Of a DNA stretch of 64,000 nucleotides, positions 1-14,575 are shown in pieces. The DNA comes from Camelus dromedarius (lineage: Eukaryota). Within the stretch, counting starts at the first letter, position 1, and the number at the start of each line of letters is the position of its first letter. The DNA is taken from positions 11,596,001-11,660,000 of the forward strand of contig NC_087437.1 in NCBI RefSeq assembly GCF_036321535.1, in the 5' to 3' direction. The position numbers were made by a program, and so were the translations under genes. The notes below the pieces were generated by a model. That model was not told the DNA's origin. It did not search any database and saw only the letters and a list, made by a program, of their open reading frames with translations.

Positions 1-1750
1 AATGCTATAAAACATAATTCTGGAATAAGAGGTAAGCTCTTTGGAAAGGTAAAAGAATCATTATTTGGAATAATAAGGCTGTTTACCAAGAAAACTCAGG
101 GGAACTAGGTGAAAAATGATTATCCCTAATAAACAGAATCAAACCCAAAATACAAAAATCAATAGCTTTTATATAACCACCAATTAGAAAGCAATAGGAA
201 AAAAAATCTCAAATATAATTAAATAAAAAGTACATAATATCGAGGAATAACTTTAAAAATATGCAGAGCTTGTGTGAGAAAACATTTTTTTCTGTCATAT
301 CAAATGACTGGAAAAAACAGGCAGATTATGAAATGATTAAAATTGTAAAGATACAAACTCTTCCAAAATAATTCAGTTTGTACATAATTGCATGTAGATA
401 TATTAGATATTTTTATTTGAAATTTAATTGAACATTCACCTTGAAGAATGCTCAGATGATAATTGCTAAGGTACATTTAAAATACAGAATAGTGAAGGAG
501 TTAGGGCTTACCATATCAGAAACAGAAATGTGCTACACAAACAGGGAACTACATTCAATATCTTATAATAACCTCTACTGAAAAAAATATGAAAACAAAT
601 ATATGTATGTATATGCATGACTGGGACATTGTGCGGTACACCAGAAATTGATAACTGTACTGACAATTGTAACTGACTGTACTTTAATGAAAAAAAAGAA
701 AGGTGATATACAAAATATAATATGGTTCTGCTATAATAACCAACAGATGGTTAAATAAATAGAATAAAGAGCCCAGATACAAAAACGTATATACCAATGT
801 AATTAAAGATAGACTTAATCACAACTCAATAAAGAGAAAAGGGATTATTTAATAATAAGTGCTGTTGGACTATTTGAATAGTTAAAATTATATCTCTACT
901 TCATCCAATATGTCAAACTCAATTACAGATGGATTACATACGAAATTAAAAATAAAATTATAAAAGATTATGAAAAATACAGGCTGTTATTTATTAGATA
1001 TTGGGCCAAACAAAGAATTTCCAAATAGAAGTAGTGGAACACATCAGAAAGTATAATAGATCTGACTGCAGGAATAACCATGAAAAAATTCATGTATCAG
1101 CTAGCACAATACTCTAAATTCCAAGGCAAACACCAACCTAGAAAAATAATTGTCAGAGATGTGACATAAAAAGAATCATTAATAGAAACTTCATGAGCAA
1201 AAATGAAGGTCTCAGTGGATAAATGGGCAAAGAACAGGGATCCACAAGTTACATAAGAATTGCCATAAATGTCCGATAAGCACTCAAAACTTTCTCAAGT
1301 GATTAATGCTTATTGCTGCTGAGTGTGAGGAGAGGAAGATACTCTCACACATTGCCAGCTGGAGTGTAAATTAATACCTTTGACCGTGTCTAAGACGAAG
1401 TATAAAAATATTCATGCCCTTTGATTGCATCTACTATCATGTAGAAGCAATTAAGAGGATGGCAAAAGATGAATGCAAAGCATGAACACTCAGCTAGAGT
1501 TATACGTCCCAAAGTGCAATATTATACAGTCATTAATTAATCATGTTTTGAAGACTGTTTCATGCCATGAGAAAATGAAAATGATGTCAGTCAAGTGAAC
1601 ATAAGTAAGATATAAAACTACATCTAGACGATGGTCCTGATTCTGTAATGCAAAAATATATACAGAAAAAAAATTGGAAGAAAGTGTACTAAAATATTAC
1701 AGCGGTTATCTCTAAGTATGAGACTAGGTCATTTTTATTTTCTACAATAA
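1..1750 (+). mobile_element. Ancient L1M (ORF2 3' part and 3' UTR remnant)
   Basis: A-rich degenerate L1 motifs, e.g. caaaaatcaatagcttt, tggttctgctataataac..agatgg..aatagaataaagagcccaga, aaatgggcaaaga; no intact ORF. Confidence 0.7.
541..697 (+). mobile_element. Camelid-type L1 3' end nested in older L1M
   Basis: acagggaactacattcaatatctt...gcatgactgggacattgtg...tgtaactgactgtacttt + polyA; diverged TSD agaaatgtgctacacaa (524-540) / agaaaggtgatatacaa (697-713). Confidence 0.8.
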
Positions 1751-2401
1751 ACATCACAATACAATTTATTTCTGAAAGAATATAAAACGCACATCAACGA
1801 TTGACAAGAGAAACAAGAAGCTGGACACATGAGATACAACCTTCTATGGAAATGAGAAGTCTTCCTTTTGTGTCCCTCTAATTTTACTGCACTATCTTAG
1901 GGAACCAGTGGAGTGAGCATCTCCGAAGCCACCTCCACTTCTACAAGGCATCCCGGAAGCCATCTCTCCATCAGATCTGCTGATTTCTTTTCTGCGTCTT
2001 CCACTCCCACCTCCTCCCACTCGACTCTGCCAACCTCCATCTTCCTCCCACTCAAAGTCTGGCCACAGCACAACAACCCAAACCCAGGAGGCAGGTCTGG
2101 AGGGAGGTCAGCCCGCTGAGTGATTATTGAAGGAATGATGTGTGTTTCTGCGGAAATGCGTGCTGCCTCTGCTAAATTATCATTTCATAACACTGCCCAC
2201 ATTGGAAAGACTTTTCTCAAAAAAACCTATACTCTTAAGAATGCTTGCAAAACCTACTTGCAGTGACGAAGCCAGACATTCATTTCTCCTTCACCAGCGT
2301 AATTCAGGGGGCTTTACTAAAACCATTTAATTCTGTCTCTTAATGATACGCAGGAAATATTTATTGGGTGCCATCTAGGGTTCTGGGGAATATAATGTGG
2401 G

Positions 2402-2846
2402 TGTGGGAGGCTGAATAATGGTACCCAGAGATGTCCACATCCTGACTCTGGAAACTGAATATGTTATATTACATGGCAAAAGGCACTTTAAAGATGTGAT
2501 TAAGGAAAGGATCTCAAGATGGACAGTTTGTTCTGTACTATCCGAGTGGGTCCAGTATAATCACAAGGGTCCTAGAAGGGAAAGAGGCAGGAGAATCAAG
2601 AGGAGGAGGTGTGATGACAGATGCCCAGGTCAGGGTGATGCAGGGCCACCGGTCAAAGAATTTGGGCGGCTTCTAAGAGTTGGAAAAAGCAAGGAATCAG
2701 ATTCTCCCCTACCGTCTCCAGAAGGAGCAAACCCTGGCTGACCTATTTTGACTTTTACTTCCAGAATCATAAGATAATAAATTTGTGTTGTTTTACACTA
2801 CTAAATTGGTGGTAATTTATTACCACAGCAGCAGGAAATGAATACA
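2402..2846 (+). mobile_element. MLT1D-like solo LTR (ERVL-MaLR)
   Basis: tgtgggaggctgaataatggtacccagagatgtccacatcct...acagcagcaggaaatgaataca; TG..CA ends; 5-bp TSD gtggg/gcggg. Confidence 0.85.
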
Positions 2847-5800
2847 GCGGGATTCAATGAATTCTAGAGCCTTCCTCTGCCGCCTTACTGGACACATCAT
2901 CATTAAAGCATTTCTTGTTTTTTGCCCAAATTTTCCAAAGTGTGTGACGGTGAATGCAAGTCCTGAAAGCTCTTCCACAATTTCAAAGATTTCTCTAATC
3001 AGACAAATACCCGTATCACCCTTTTGGGAGTTCATAAGGTACTTAGCTTTTAAAGACCGAGTCTTCATTTTCACTTTGATTAATCCAGAATTTCCCCAAT
3101 TTACCTGACCATCAGAAGCTTTTCAACATCTATTTTTATCAACAATGTTAACAACCACAGATTGCTTTGCTTACCTGCTGTGTGCCAGGCTCTAGGCTGG
3201 GCTTTAGGTTCCAGGGATGAACCCAACTGTTTAAACTACTTCTGGTAATTTAAACAAGTTTAACAAACCGGTAAACTCTATCCATCCCTATGACACTTGA
3301 AACATCCTGTATTTTTAGCTCTCCTCGTAGGCGGTATTTTTATCTTACCCAACAAGAAGTTAAGTTCCCAAAGGGCACGTATATGTCTTTACAGACCGAT
3401 TTTCTGTAGCATTTCCCCCCCAGGGAGCTCATATTCCAGCTGATGAGACATGCACACATTCATATGAAAAAAGACCCTCTGGGAAGGCAGGTAGGGGATT
3501 TCTGTTATGTAGCTCAACTTAACCCAGAGTATATCACTCAAGTTTCCTCCTCCCTCAGTGCCATGGCCACTTCCTCCCCGCCACCGTTTCCCTCTCCTTC
3601 TGACCTTAAAGTCTGAGGTTTTGATGGTGATATTTCTTTGATGTATAAAATATCGTAGTGGTACCGTTGGAGCTTTGGGGTCATCACGGTATCAAGTAGT
3701 AATACTGTTAGGGTATTAATTACACCCCTATTTTCCAAAAGGGAATTCGTCACAGTTCCACACACACTACATTCAGGTCTAGCTGCAAATGACTGCCACC
3801 ACTGTTCTTCTTGCAAAGTATTTCTTGCAACTTTCCAGTGTCCCATCATCATCGGGGACACAATTATGCAAATATTGCCTCTGGTTTTATAAGAAATCAA
3901 GTAATTTTACAGCTTTAAAAAAATTTTTAAAGCAAAAGTAGATGAAAACTTTTAAGCAACATATATTTTAATTATAAAATTAGCAAGCATAGCACCCCCT
4001 TTCAACTCAAATCAATGGAATTTCAAAGAGCTACATATTTATTTTTTAATCCAAGTAGGAAAAATCCGAAGCACTTAATATATGTTATAAGTTATAATAA
4101 ATACATCACCAGAAGAAAAACCCACCAACTCTTTTTATATAGTATTGAATATTCTATACAACCTACCATCTTGTAACAATTAACTAAGTTTAGCCATAAG
4201 AAAAAAAATAGTTAACTCCAGAACTTAAAACGATCCCCATAACACAGACAGCTGTAAATGAAACCGCCATACACCTAGGGAGACAGCTTTCTCATGCCAC
4301 GCCTTTCTTTGCAGTAATGGGGAAGGCTGGATCCCAGAGGAAATCTTTTGTTTTATCTTGTCCTGTTAATATATTAATTCTAAGTTCAGTTACCAGCTGT
4401 CTTTTTTGGTTATATAACCATGTGCCACAGGGATATCTTCATTTCTTCTGATTTACTTCTACTTAGCCCATGTATAATCAGTGTCACTAAGACTCTATTC
4501 TTAGGGGGCATAATAGTGGTCAGCCCTCATGTAAATTTAAAGTCCTGGATATCACACATCGAAGGACTGAGTCCTGGAGGGGAAGGGATTGGGAGGCGGG
4601 GGGGGGGGGGCGCCGGATGATGAATCAGTGAAAGCCAAGAGAACTGGAGAGAGTCGGATCCTTCTGTGCTTAGAATTTGTCAGCAGTTAGTAATGTGCAA
4701 ATGGGAGATGCGGAAAGAAGGATATTCAGTGGTCCCCTAGTGGTATCACAGGATTTTGAACTAAAAAGAGACAAGTAGTTGCTTCCTGGACCCAACAAGA
4801 TTGCTGCAGGTCTCAGGGAAGGAGCGCATTGGTCTTCAAGACTGCTTTGCTCGGTGGTAAGCAGTTCTTAAGTACCTGCTAGATCCCTGACACAGAGCCA
4901 CAGGGACACAGCATCTGCCTCCTTGTTCGGAGAAGTTTCACTGAAGATCAGTAATACCAGCTTGAAGAGTCTAAAGCTGGTAAATCACCTGGACCACCCA
5001 AACAAAACAGAAATAGGGGAAAGGCAAGATGGATCAGTCAAGTCTCTTTCCATGAAAAGAAACAGAACCCCAATTTTTAGAAACTAATGGGAGGATACTG
5101 AGGTGTACTGAGACTCCGAGGAAGGTTGGCAGGAGCCAGGGAGCCCAGCACCGCCCAGACACCCACAGGTTTCCATCATTCATCCCTGCTTGTCCTTGTT
5201 TCCTTCCTTCTTTCCAGTGGCAGGTATGTTCTCCACAGATATGGCCAATCACAGCTTGGCTCCTCCCAGCTCTAGCGAAGTCCCACCCAGTCGTCCCTAA
5301 TCACACAAACAGCTGATCCTTGGTGTCCAAACACACAAGTTAACTGTGCCTCCCTCACGGTGCTTTCGAGTTCAATCAGACAAGTGTTCATCCCTTTGGT
5401 GAAGGTACCTTGATTTCTGATAGGCAGCTTTTCCTTCTTAGAGAAATAAAGGCATGTATAACATACCGTGGTAGAATCATGTAAATAAAAATGTGTGCAA
5501 ACAAAAAAGACTGCAGGGAAAGGCACTTCAATTCTAAGTTACATCTGAGAGATGGATTTATAAAGGATTTTCCTAGTGTCTTTTCTCCAAATGTCTTGTA
5601 ATATAATTATCTTAATAATGAAAAAATTTCATTTGTATATTTTTAAATTACATAAAAATTTGGAAATGCCTAAAGGGTGTCTAATTCTGAGAAGTGACAA
5701 ATGTAATCTATATTTTGACGGTTAAACATAGCAATTTTTTTTACAAAAGTTTTTCCCTTTTAAAAATATAAAAGATGTATCTTTTCCTATGTATAAAAAA

Positions 5801-6019
5801 TAGAAAATTATTATTAATTTTGAATGCTTTAGAACCTTGAGAATTTAAGGAAAATCAAGTTAATATTTTCATGATCTAATTTCAGTGATCGACAAAGGGA
5901 TATAACTTAATAACTGAAAGAAAAATACTTGCATGTGTGAAATAATCACCATTACCATATACAAACATAAATCAGGGGTCAAAATGCTGTTGCAAGATCC
6001 TTTAAAAAATGTTCATTAG

Positions 6020-6355
6020 TCAAGTATTATTCTGCCTTATAAAGGACAGAAATTCTGACACATGCTACGACACGGATGTACCTTGAGGACATTGTGCAAA
6101 ATGAAATAAGCCAGCCACAAAAAGCAAATATGTTATGATTCCACTTATATGAGGTACTTGGAGTAGTTAAGTTCATACAGACAGAAAGTAGAATAATGGT
6201 GGCCAGGGGCTGGCAGGAGGGGGAACAGGGAGTTACTGTTGCAGAGTTTCAGTTTTGCAAGATGAAGTGTGTTGGAGATGGCTGGTGGTGATGATCACAC
6301 AAGGCAAATGTACTCAATACCCCACTGAACTATATACTTAAAAATAGTTAAGGTG
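6020..6355 (+). mobile_element. L1MA/L1MB 3' fragment
   Basis: gaaattctgacacatgctac..ggatg.accttgaggacatt..aaataagccag..tatgattccacttatatgaggtac..gaaagtagaat: typical L1M 3' UTR. Confidence 0.8.
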
Positions 6356-9300
6356 GGGGGAATAAAGTTTCCCTTAGAAAAACTGTTATTGATTAACTCT
6401 GAGAAAGGCAGTAATACTGCCAAAAGAGATTAAAAATGAAATTTACAATGTTAATAATATTCATGATCATTGTCAATAACCCTGTACACAATTTTCCAGA
6501 GACAATTGTTATCAATTAGAAAAGCTAAAATACACAGATAATCAGGCCTTTTCCTGACTCCTTCCAACAGATGGAGGAGCAACCGTAAGAGATAAGTCTT
6601 TATTAAAATAGACTTGTTTACCTCCCATATCTTGCAAGGGCCACAACCTGGAATTTCATTTCCATAACTGAGACCCGCCCCCCACTATGCCCTGTTAAGT
6701 ACCTGTCGTAAGATGACAAAATCTATAAAAAATAAAAATCTTAGTCTTTGAATGTTTACAACAAATTCAGCTTGTTGGACAATGTCTGTAATCCATCTAA
6801 GATCTAAGATCATCTAAGCAATCATGACAAGAATAAACGATGGTCAAGAGTTAGCAAGTCCTGGGGACAGAATCTAGATTCAAGTACAGGAAGGTCCTTT
6901 CGGAGAAGACAAGACCCGAGTTGGCTCTGGAGGAGGACGAGAAAGCAGGCCAGCAGATGACAGTGAGGGACCACGTGCCACAAGTTAAAAATAAATGACA
7001 GAGGAGCCCACGCAAAGACAGGCCAGACAGGGATGAATGTGGAGAATGGCAACCCGACCAGCCAAAATAAGGTCAAGGACAAACAGGCATCAAGGCAGGA
7101 GGAAGTGAGAGCAGGAATGGTGTGAGTCTACACGCACAGGCCCAGTTCAGAATGTGAGAGAGGGCGGTGGTGGGGCGGCACACAGCTGGTGGGGGCAGAC
7201 GGAGCAGTTGTTGCAAAGCCGGTGAATGAAAAGCGAACAAAAGACACACAGACACCCAAAGACCTTTAGAAATGAGGATTTCCCATCCTTGAGTGCAAGC
7301 CACTCACATATGCGTCTCAGCAGAAGCGCGGGTGAACACAGTACCCCAGTCATCATGCATTTTCTTGACTTTGAAACTGCTCCCAACTGTTTTCAGGGGT
7401 TTACACATGCATGACCCATTTCCGAAACCGGGGCAGGCCACTCGCACATTAAAATGCAGGATGCCCTGCCGCTGCCACATTCACCATCCCCAGGAACGTG
7501 CGATGGCTGATTGACAGAAATGGGCTTTCGGCAGGAAATCCCCAGGACCAAGTAACCCACATCGGGGAACACCATGGGAGAAAAGATGGCAGCACTGTAT
7601 TTTAGCTCCACGGGGAGCTTATTAATAGACCAATGTGTAGTCCAACAGCTCTAATTTGCAGTGGAATTTTTTTACTTCCTCTCCCCAAAACTGAACATCA
7701 GGTTAACTGTTTTCTGCAGAACACCTGTCCACAATTCTGAGACTACTGGTTTGAAGAGGTAAGTGAAGTTTTTCAGAATAGGGTAGCCAGTTTAAAGAAT
7801 ACTAGCCTCATCTTTTAGCTAAATACTACAAATAAGAGAGTATCTAAACTCAAAGGAGGCAATATATTGGTGAGACTTTCTGCGTAAACGCTAGTCTTAG
7901 TAACTACTGGAATAAAGGGGGGAAAGAGGAAATTAAGTTTGGGTGGATAGTAGGAGTTTAAACAAGATACTAGTTTGGCTTTCAGGTTCTCAGTGGGACT
8001 AACTGCTTTGACTTAAAATGAGTAATTATAGGGATTGAAACAAGGTCATCTAAGCACTCAAATGGACATGATAAGAATAAATGAGGGAAGAAAAGAAGGG
8101 AGAAGGAGGGAAGGAGGGAGAGAAGGAAGGAAGAAGGGGAACAAATTAGACCCTTTCAAACGAAGTATCACAACTTACATATTTAATATTCTTACTTAGA
8201 CAACTGAAATTCTTACTTACTTCTTTAAGAAAGAAAACTTCTATGGGTATACTATACAACCGTAGCTCAGGGCCCACACAAAATTTACTCATAGACTGAA
8301 AAATCTTTGCATTAATTCTTGAAAAATAAAGATTGAATGTGGAAAAAGCAGTATCTGCAGAGGGGCAGGGAACCGGACAGCGAGAGAGAGCTACACAGAC
8401 ACCATATTTACAAATTGGCAACCCAACAAAAGCTTAAAAATCCTGATGTTTATTCTTATGCTTTTGAACTTTTAATTGTAAATCTCAAAGTCTGACAGAT
8501 AATTTATTCCCCCAAAAAAGGCATTTTCTTCCCCCTTGCACATTTGCATGCATATGCTACAATTGTTCTGAAGCATTCTTTACTTGGACTCTGGAAAGGG
8601 GACCACCTGATCTACCCACGAGACTTTTTCAGTCTCAATTCATGGCAACCCTCGCACTTATTTTTCATAAAAATTCAAAGATAGGTTTCTGGGTTATGTA
8701 AGAATGAACTTCATCCTTTTGAACAAATTACACCAGGAGTTATAAAGCAGTAGGTAAATGAAAAACTGGGTTTAAAAAAAAAAAAAACAAAAAACCAACC
8801 ACCGACCAAATCCATAGCAGGCTCAGCTCTTTTTGAGAGCGAGATTAAGGTGCATGCAGTCAACTGGTATGAAGGTCGCCAAACAAAATGTTGCAATCTT
8901 AAAGCGCCATTGACATGCAGCCCGTGTTCAGCAGCAGCTTTGAGTAAGCAATGTGACTCACTTCACTCATTAGTCTCAGCCCAAATCATTCGCACGTGGA
9001 CGTTATGGCAGTATGTTGCCTTTGCAGTAAAATGTCTGAAAAGTTAGAATTTTTTTCTCTAACTTGAAATAAAAACACTTAATATAACTTTTTAAAATTT
9101 GGCAAACCTTCCCCTCCCCATTCCCACCTTTTGTTAGAGGAAAAGTGACCTGAAAGCTCAAAATGCCACAACTGATTTCTTCAAGCTAGGTAAGCACTTT
9201 GACAAATCTGTCCATTAACTACTTCTTATCTGCCGGCGGACACTGTTGAAATGAACAAATTGGTTCAGTTGGAAATTTTCTGATTTTCACAGGAAAGAGC

Positions 9301-10440
9301 TGAAAGCCACAAGCCACCAATGCACCATGTGTACCTTTAGCTTTCTAAGTCAAAATCGGCAGGAAGTGGTCCTTGCGGGGGACCTCCATTCATCTCTCAC
9401 CTGCTGCTGACCTGCAGTTTTCCTGTTGGCAAAGACAGCTCCTTGCAAAGCAAACAGCTCCCCACTCTGCATGGAAATGCTCATCTTCTCAGTCCATACT
9501 GCAAGCACAAAACTCCCTGAGAGTCATTTAGGGAGTGAATCAGACTTACGGCCGATAAGCACAGAGCTGACCTTTAAACTCAAGCCTCTAATAGAACATG
9601 GGGATATTTCACTTGCTGTTTGCTCAACAGTTCCAGGGTCACGAGGGTCTGCGTTTACTGGCGGGGTTGGGGGCGGCGGGCAGCGAACCCAGGAACCTGG
9701 CTCCAGCTCCCACATTGCACCTGATAGAAGAGGGTCGTGGCTGGGCTTAAAGGCTCCAAACCCCAGTCTCAAGTGTACCCAGGAGCACAGCTTAGAACAC
9801 GTTCTTTAGCATCTAGAGAGTTCCCCGGAGTGCACAGGTCTGCTGCCTGGCTCTTAGCTACCAGCTTTGGAAGAGATGAGAAAGAGTCTTGGGAGCCCAG
9901 GAATGGAAGCTGTTTTTTTCTTTGTTTTCACTTTGTCATAGTGCCAAACAGAGTGCCAAGATCCCAGGCAAAAGGAGAACTCAGTGATATTTATCCTGGC
10001 TTTATTAAAAATATATGTTACCATGGATTTTTTTGCATTTGCTTTGATTTTTTAAAATATTGCATTAAAATAATATTTCTCTGACTTACCAAGTTTGCTG
10101 GCGCCCAGAGCAAGCACCTCACTCACCTCACCCTATTCCAGGCCCTGCTCTGTCCCCCGTTTCCATCTTAATCTGAAAATGGAAGCAGATCCAGGCAGAG
10201 TGGTTGAGATGCTTGCAGTTGAGACAAGAAAGGAATACGAGCCCAAAGCTCACAAGAAAAACCTTATTGAGCATCTTCCATGTGCTAGGTACTATGCGAG
10301 GGATCTTATGTACATTTCTTTGGTCCTTACTTACAGGGAAAATACATTAACCTCCCCCTGAGGAAGTTCAGGCTCCAAGAAACATTCTTTCCTCTGTTGT
10401 CCATCTCACAAACTGGCCTTGCAAGCTGTGTGGCACTTAA

Positions 10441-10675
10441 GATAGGGATAAATTAGGAGTTTGGGATTAACAGATACAAACTACTACATATAAAATAGAT
10501 AAACAACAAGGACCTACTGTATAGCACAGGGAACTATATTCAGTTTCTTGTAATAACATATAATGGAAAAGAATCTAAAAAGATACGTATATTGTATGTA
10601 TAACTGAATTGCTTTGCTGTGCACCTGAAACTAACATTGTAAATCAACTACACTTCAATAAAAAAAAAAAAGAAA
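10441..10675 (+). mobile_element. Cetartiodactyl L1 3' end with polyA
   Basis: gggataaattaggagtttgggattaacagatac..aacaaggacctactgtatagcacagggaactatattca..aaatcaactacacttcaataaaaaaaa. Confidence 0.85.
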
Positions 10676-10999
10676 GAAAGTTGTCTGTGATTCCTCCTCT
10701 CCAACCCACTGAATCAACCACCATCACTTGTAACTCTTCATAGTCATGCCCGTAGTAAGAGGGGGAGGAAAGATTAAAAGATGGTCTGTTTGATGACAAT
10801 TTCCACACACTTTTTGCCATATCTGCCACCTCTCCAAGGAAAGTCGGGGTCGCAGTGTTGTTTTAATATCTCACTCCTAGATTGGCCAGTCCAGGACAAG
10901 GTTAAATTATTTCCAAATGCTGGCTCTTCTGCAAATTTATACAGTACCATTTAGTGTGATCTTGAACTTAAGCGCTATCATCTGGACCAGGAGTCTACT

Positions 11000-12120
11000 C
11001 TGAGCACCAGATTCCAGCTGCCTGATGTCTCCACTTGGATAGCTCATGCACGTCTCAAACTAACATGTCCACAACGAGAATCTTGGTCTTCCTTCCTCTC
11101 AAACCCTGCTTCCCTCTGGCTTCCTGCATCTCAGGCCCTGTCACTATCACCCAGCTGGGACTCAAGCCAGAAATCCAGCCGTTCTCTTTGACACCTCTGC
11201 CCAGTTCCCCATCTAAACCACGACCAACACCTATTCTTCTGAACAGTAAAACAGTATCAACAACTACGCTTATAAAAGCATCCACTACATGCCAGGTACT
11301 CTGATGATATATAGCCAGCATTATTAACTCGTTCAATTTTCATAACAACTCTAATTTGCCCATAGCCATACACAGCTAGTAAGAAGGGAGGTTAGTATTC
11401 TAACCTAGTTAGTCTGGCTCTAGAAAACACACTCTTAACCATTCCACCCTATCTCCAAAATAATCTCAAATCCATTCACCTTATTGGTTTTCCACTGTCC
11501 CATCTTAGTCTAAGCCACCAGCACTATCCACTCAGGCAACTCCAAAAGCTTTCTAAATGGTCACTTCGGTTCTATTTCTACCTCATTTCCACACATCAGT
11601 CTTCATGAAGCTGCCAACATGATCTTTTTAAAGTTTATGTCCGATCACGTCATTTCCCCTGCTAAAACCCTTAAAACCATTCAACTATGCTCTGAATGAA
11701 ATTCCAACTCCTCAATGTGGGCTACAACTTCCTATGTGGACTGGTCCCTGCCCACTTCCTAGATTTCATCACTTTTGACCTTTCTATCGCACTAGCCTTC
11801 GTGCCCTCCCTTGGACCTAGCAGATTCTTTCTTGCCTCCTGGGCTGGCTGGCTCCATCTAATTCTCCATATATCCTAGGGTCCTTCCCTGACCCTCTCAG
11901 CCTAAAATAGGTCTCCCCATTATTCTCTCTAAGCACCCTCTTCTTTTCCTTCATAGCAACTTTTAAATTTTGTATCTCCACATTTATTTGAATTTTCACT
12001 TGCTTATTGCCTGTAAGCTCCATGAGGCATAGTCAAGGTCTGTTTTATCTACCCCCTTACTTCCCGCCCCAACCCCAGAGTCTGAAATACAGATGGTGCA
12101 ATTAATTGCTCAGTGGATAA
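11000..12120 (+). mobile_element. L2 remnant interrupted by a MIR (~11260-11445)
   Basis: tccagctgcct..tctccacttggat..ctcaaactaacatgtcc; gatcacgtcatttcccctgctaaaaccctt; tgtaagctccatgagg. Confidence 0.7.
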
Positions 12121-12796
12121 ATTAATCCTGGGATAGCTCTTTTAAAGACTTCAACAAGCTGACTGAAGAAGGCATTTGAATAATGAACATCATTGATTTT
12201 AGTGAGAGAGATCCTTAAAAAGGAAAAATACATATATATGTTATTATATGTTTTTATTTCCAACATGTGAACGAAAATTACTAAACCATATATTCAATAT
12301 TCAATATTTGGAAAAGACATAGAAGGAAACAATAAAGGAAAATCGCTCAAGAACTATTTTTTTAAATCTTACAGTATATACAGGTTTTTAAAAAATTTCT
12401 TGTGTTGTCATCATGACTATCAGTCTCAATAAGATGAGAATCAGACTGTCAACTGTTCTTATTTAATCCCAATACATGGTGGAGCTCCATGCAAATCTAT
12501 TAATGATAAGCTATGGGCGATTTTAATCACATATCCTCTGACCACTTATTTCCCTTTATAACTTAGTTAGAGATTAATTTCCCCATTGGCGCCAACTTCT
12601 TATCAGGAAACAGCTGGACCATCCATTGTACCATTTTCTTTGGTTTTCCTTTGTCATAGGTGTTTTAGGAATAAAGATAGATTCTTCATGTCTCTGTATA
12701 TTAGGGAATTATTTGGCTTGAGACCAAAGTACCTGTTCTTTAAGATTCCAAGACTTCTAAAAAAAAGGAAATAAAATGCATCCAAAAATTAAATTT

Positions 12797-13735
12797 GAAG
12801 CAGGAGAAAAATTTTGCAAATCATATATCTGATAAGGGACTTGTATCTAGAATATATAAAGAATTCAAAAATAAAAAGACAACACAGTTTAATAATACAC
12901 AGAATATGAGGCTATTTCTCCAAAACAGATATAAAAATAGCCAATAAACACATGAGAAGATGCTCAAGATCACTGGCCATAAGGGAAACTGCAAACCAAA
13001 ACCACACCAAGGTATCACTTCATATCTACTAGAATAGTAATAATCCAAAAAAAAAAGAAAAGGAAAATGTTAATTGTCGGAGAGGACGTGAAGAATTGGA
13101 AACCTTATACACTGCTGAGGGGAGTATTAAATGGTGTAGCACTTTGGAAAACAGTCTGGCAGTTCCTCAAAATGTTAAGTATAAAGTTACCATATAACAT
13201 AGCAATTTTACCCCAAGGTATATACCTAAGAGAAATGAAAATGTACATCCACACAGAAACTTGCACACAAATGTTCATAGCAGCACTATGCATACTCGCC
13301 AAAGGTGGAACAACCCAAACGCTCATCAACTGATGAATGGAAAATAAACTGTGGTATATCCATGTAACGGAATATTAAGCAGCAATAAAAAGCAATGAAG
13401 TAATAATACATACTACAACATGACTAAACCTTGAAAATGTTAAATGAAAAAAAAAAAAGCCAGCCATAGAAGACCACATATTGTATGATTCCTTACATAT
13501 GAACTGTCCACAACAGGCAAATTCTTAGAGACAGAAAGAAGACTAGTGGTTGCGTAAGGCTGGGGGCAGAATGAGGCGTGAGTGGTAACCAGTACCAGGT
13601 TTCTTTTGGAGGTGATACAGATGATCTAAAGTTAGATAGTGATGGTTGCACAACTCTAGGAAGAACTTTAGTGCACTTGAAATGAGCGAATTGCTTTGGT
13701 ATGTGAATCATATCTCAATAAAGCTATTATAAAAA
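12797..13735 (+). mobile_element. L1MB-type fragment (ORF2 end and 3' UTR)
   Basis: ggagaaaatttttgcaaatcatatatctgataagggacttgtatctagaatatataaagaa...cacaaatgttcatagcagc...tatctcaataaagct. Confidence 0.9.
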
Positions 13736-14575
13736 TGATGGGATACAGTTTTTACAACACTTTAAAACTGGACCTATGCTTGGCATTTACAAGGGTAGGT
13801 GGGGCTTAACTGAAGAGTATAATTTCCTTTTAAGCACAGAAGACGGGTTTTAGATGAAACTTTCTTATAAGGAATTTACAGTCTCCCTCTCTTCTCATTA
13901 ATTCCTATCTTTGTCCTTGCTTAGAGACAGACCTGAAATCACAGGGCCAGGCTTATAGAACATTAGAATGGGACAAGATCAAGAGATAACGATTTTAGAA
14001 TTAAGTAGCTAAGATCCAGAGAGAATAAATACCTTTTCCAAGATCACAAAGGTAACGAGAATCAGAGCTTTCCAGACCAAAGCTTTATTTTTAGTTTTCA
14101 GCAGCACCCTACAGAATGGAGTCATGAATGGCATTTTCCAAAGTGGCCCCAGCCCAAAGTTCTCCACAACCAAGTCTCCTACATGGGAAAGGAGTTCCAT
14201 TCATAGTCTGAGAACAAGGATGAAGTTTACACAGCACTCCCTACTTCATTCCTTCAACAAGCATGGACTGAGTGTTTGGCCACGTGCTAGGCACTATGGG
14301 AATAAAGATGTCCTTTTTTTTTTTAAAAAGACAGCAGAAACTACAAAGTCTGTTTTTGGGTCTCTAACATCAAGAGTTAGGTCTTCATGGACGTTGAGCA
14401 CCGGGGCTGATCACCTCCATTCCTCAGGTGCTAAGTAGAGATGGAAGGCCAATGTGATGTTGAATTTGACTTTGAATCCTTTCTTCAACCTACTCAGCAA
14501 AACTCTTCTGTTCCTACCTGTCCTTCTTTATTAAACATTTGCTTTTTTTTCAAGTGAGCAAAGGGCACACTAAAT

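Noticed and set aside
2820..3900. 84-120 aa ORFs in THRB sense orientation
   Set aside because: No nuclear-receptor motifs or TRbeta N-terminal sequence; lengths compatible with chance.
12821..13711. ORFs resembling L1 ORF2 peptides (also 54995-56382, 56935-57399, 60324-60890)
   Set aside because: Fragments of truncated, mutated L1 copies or read-through from them.
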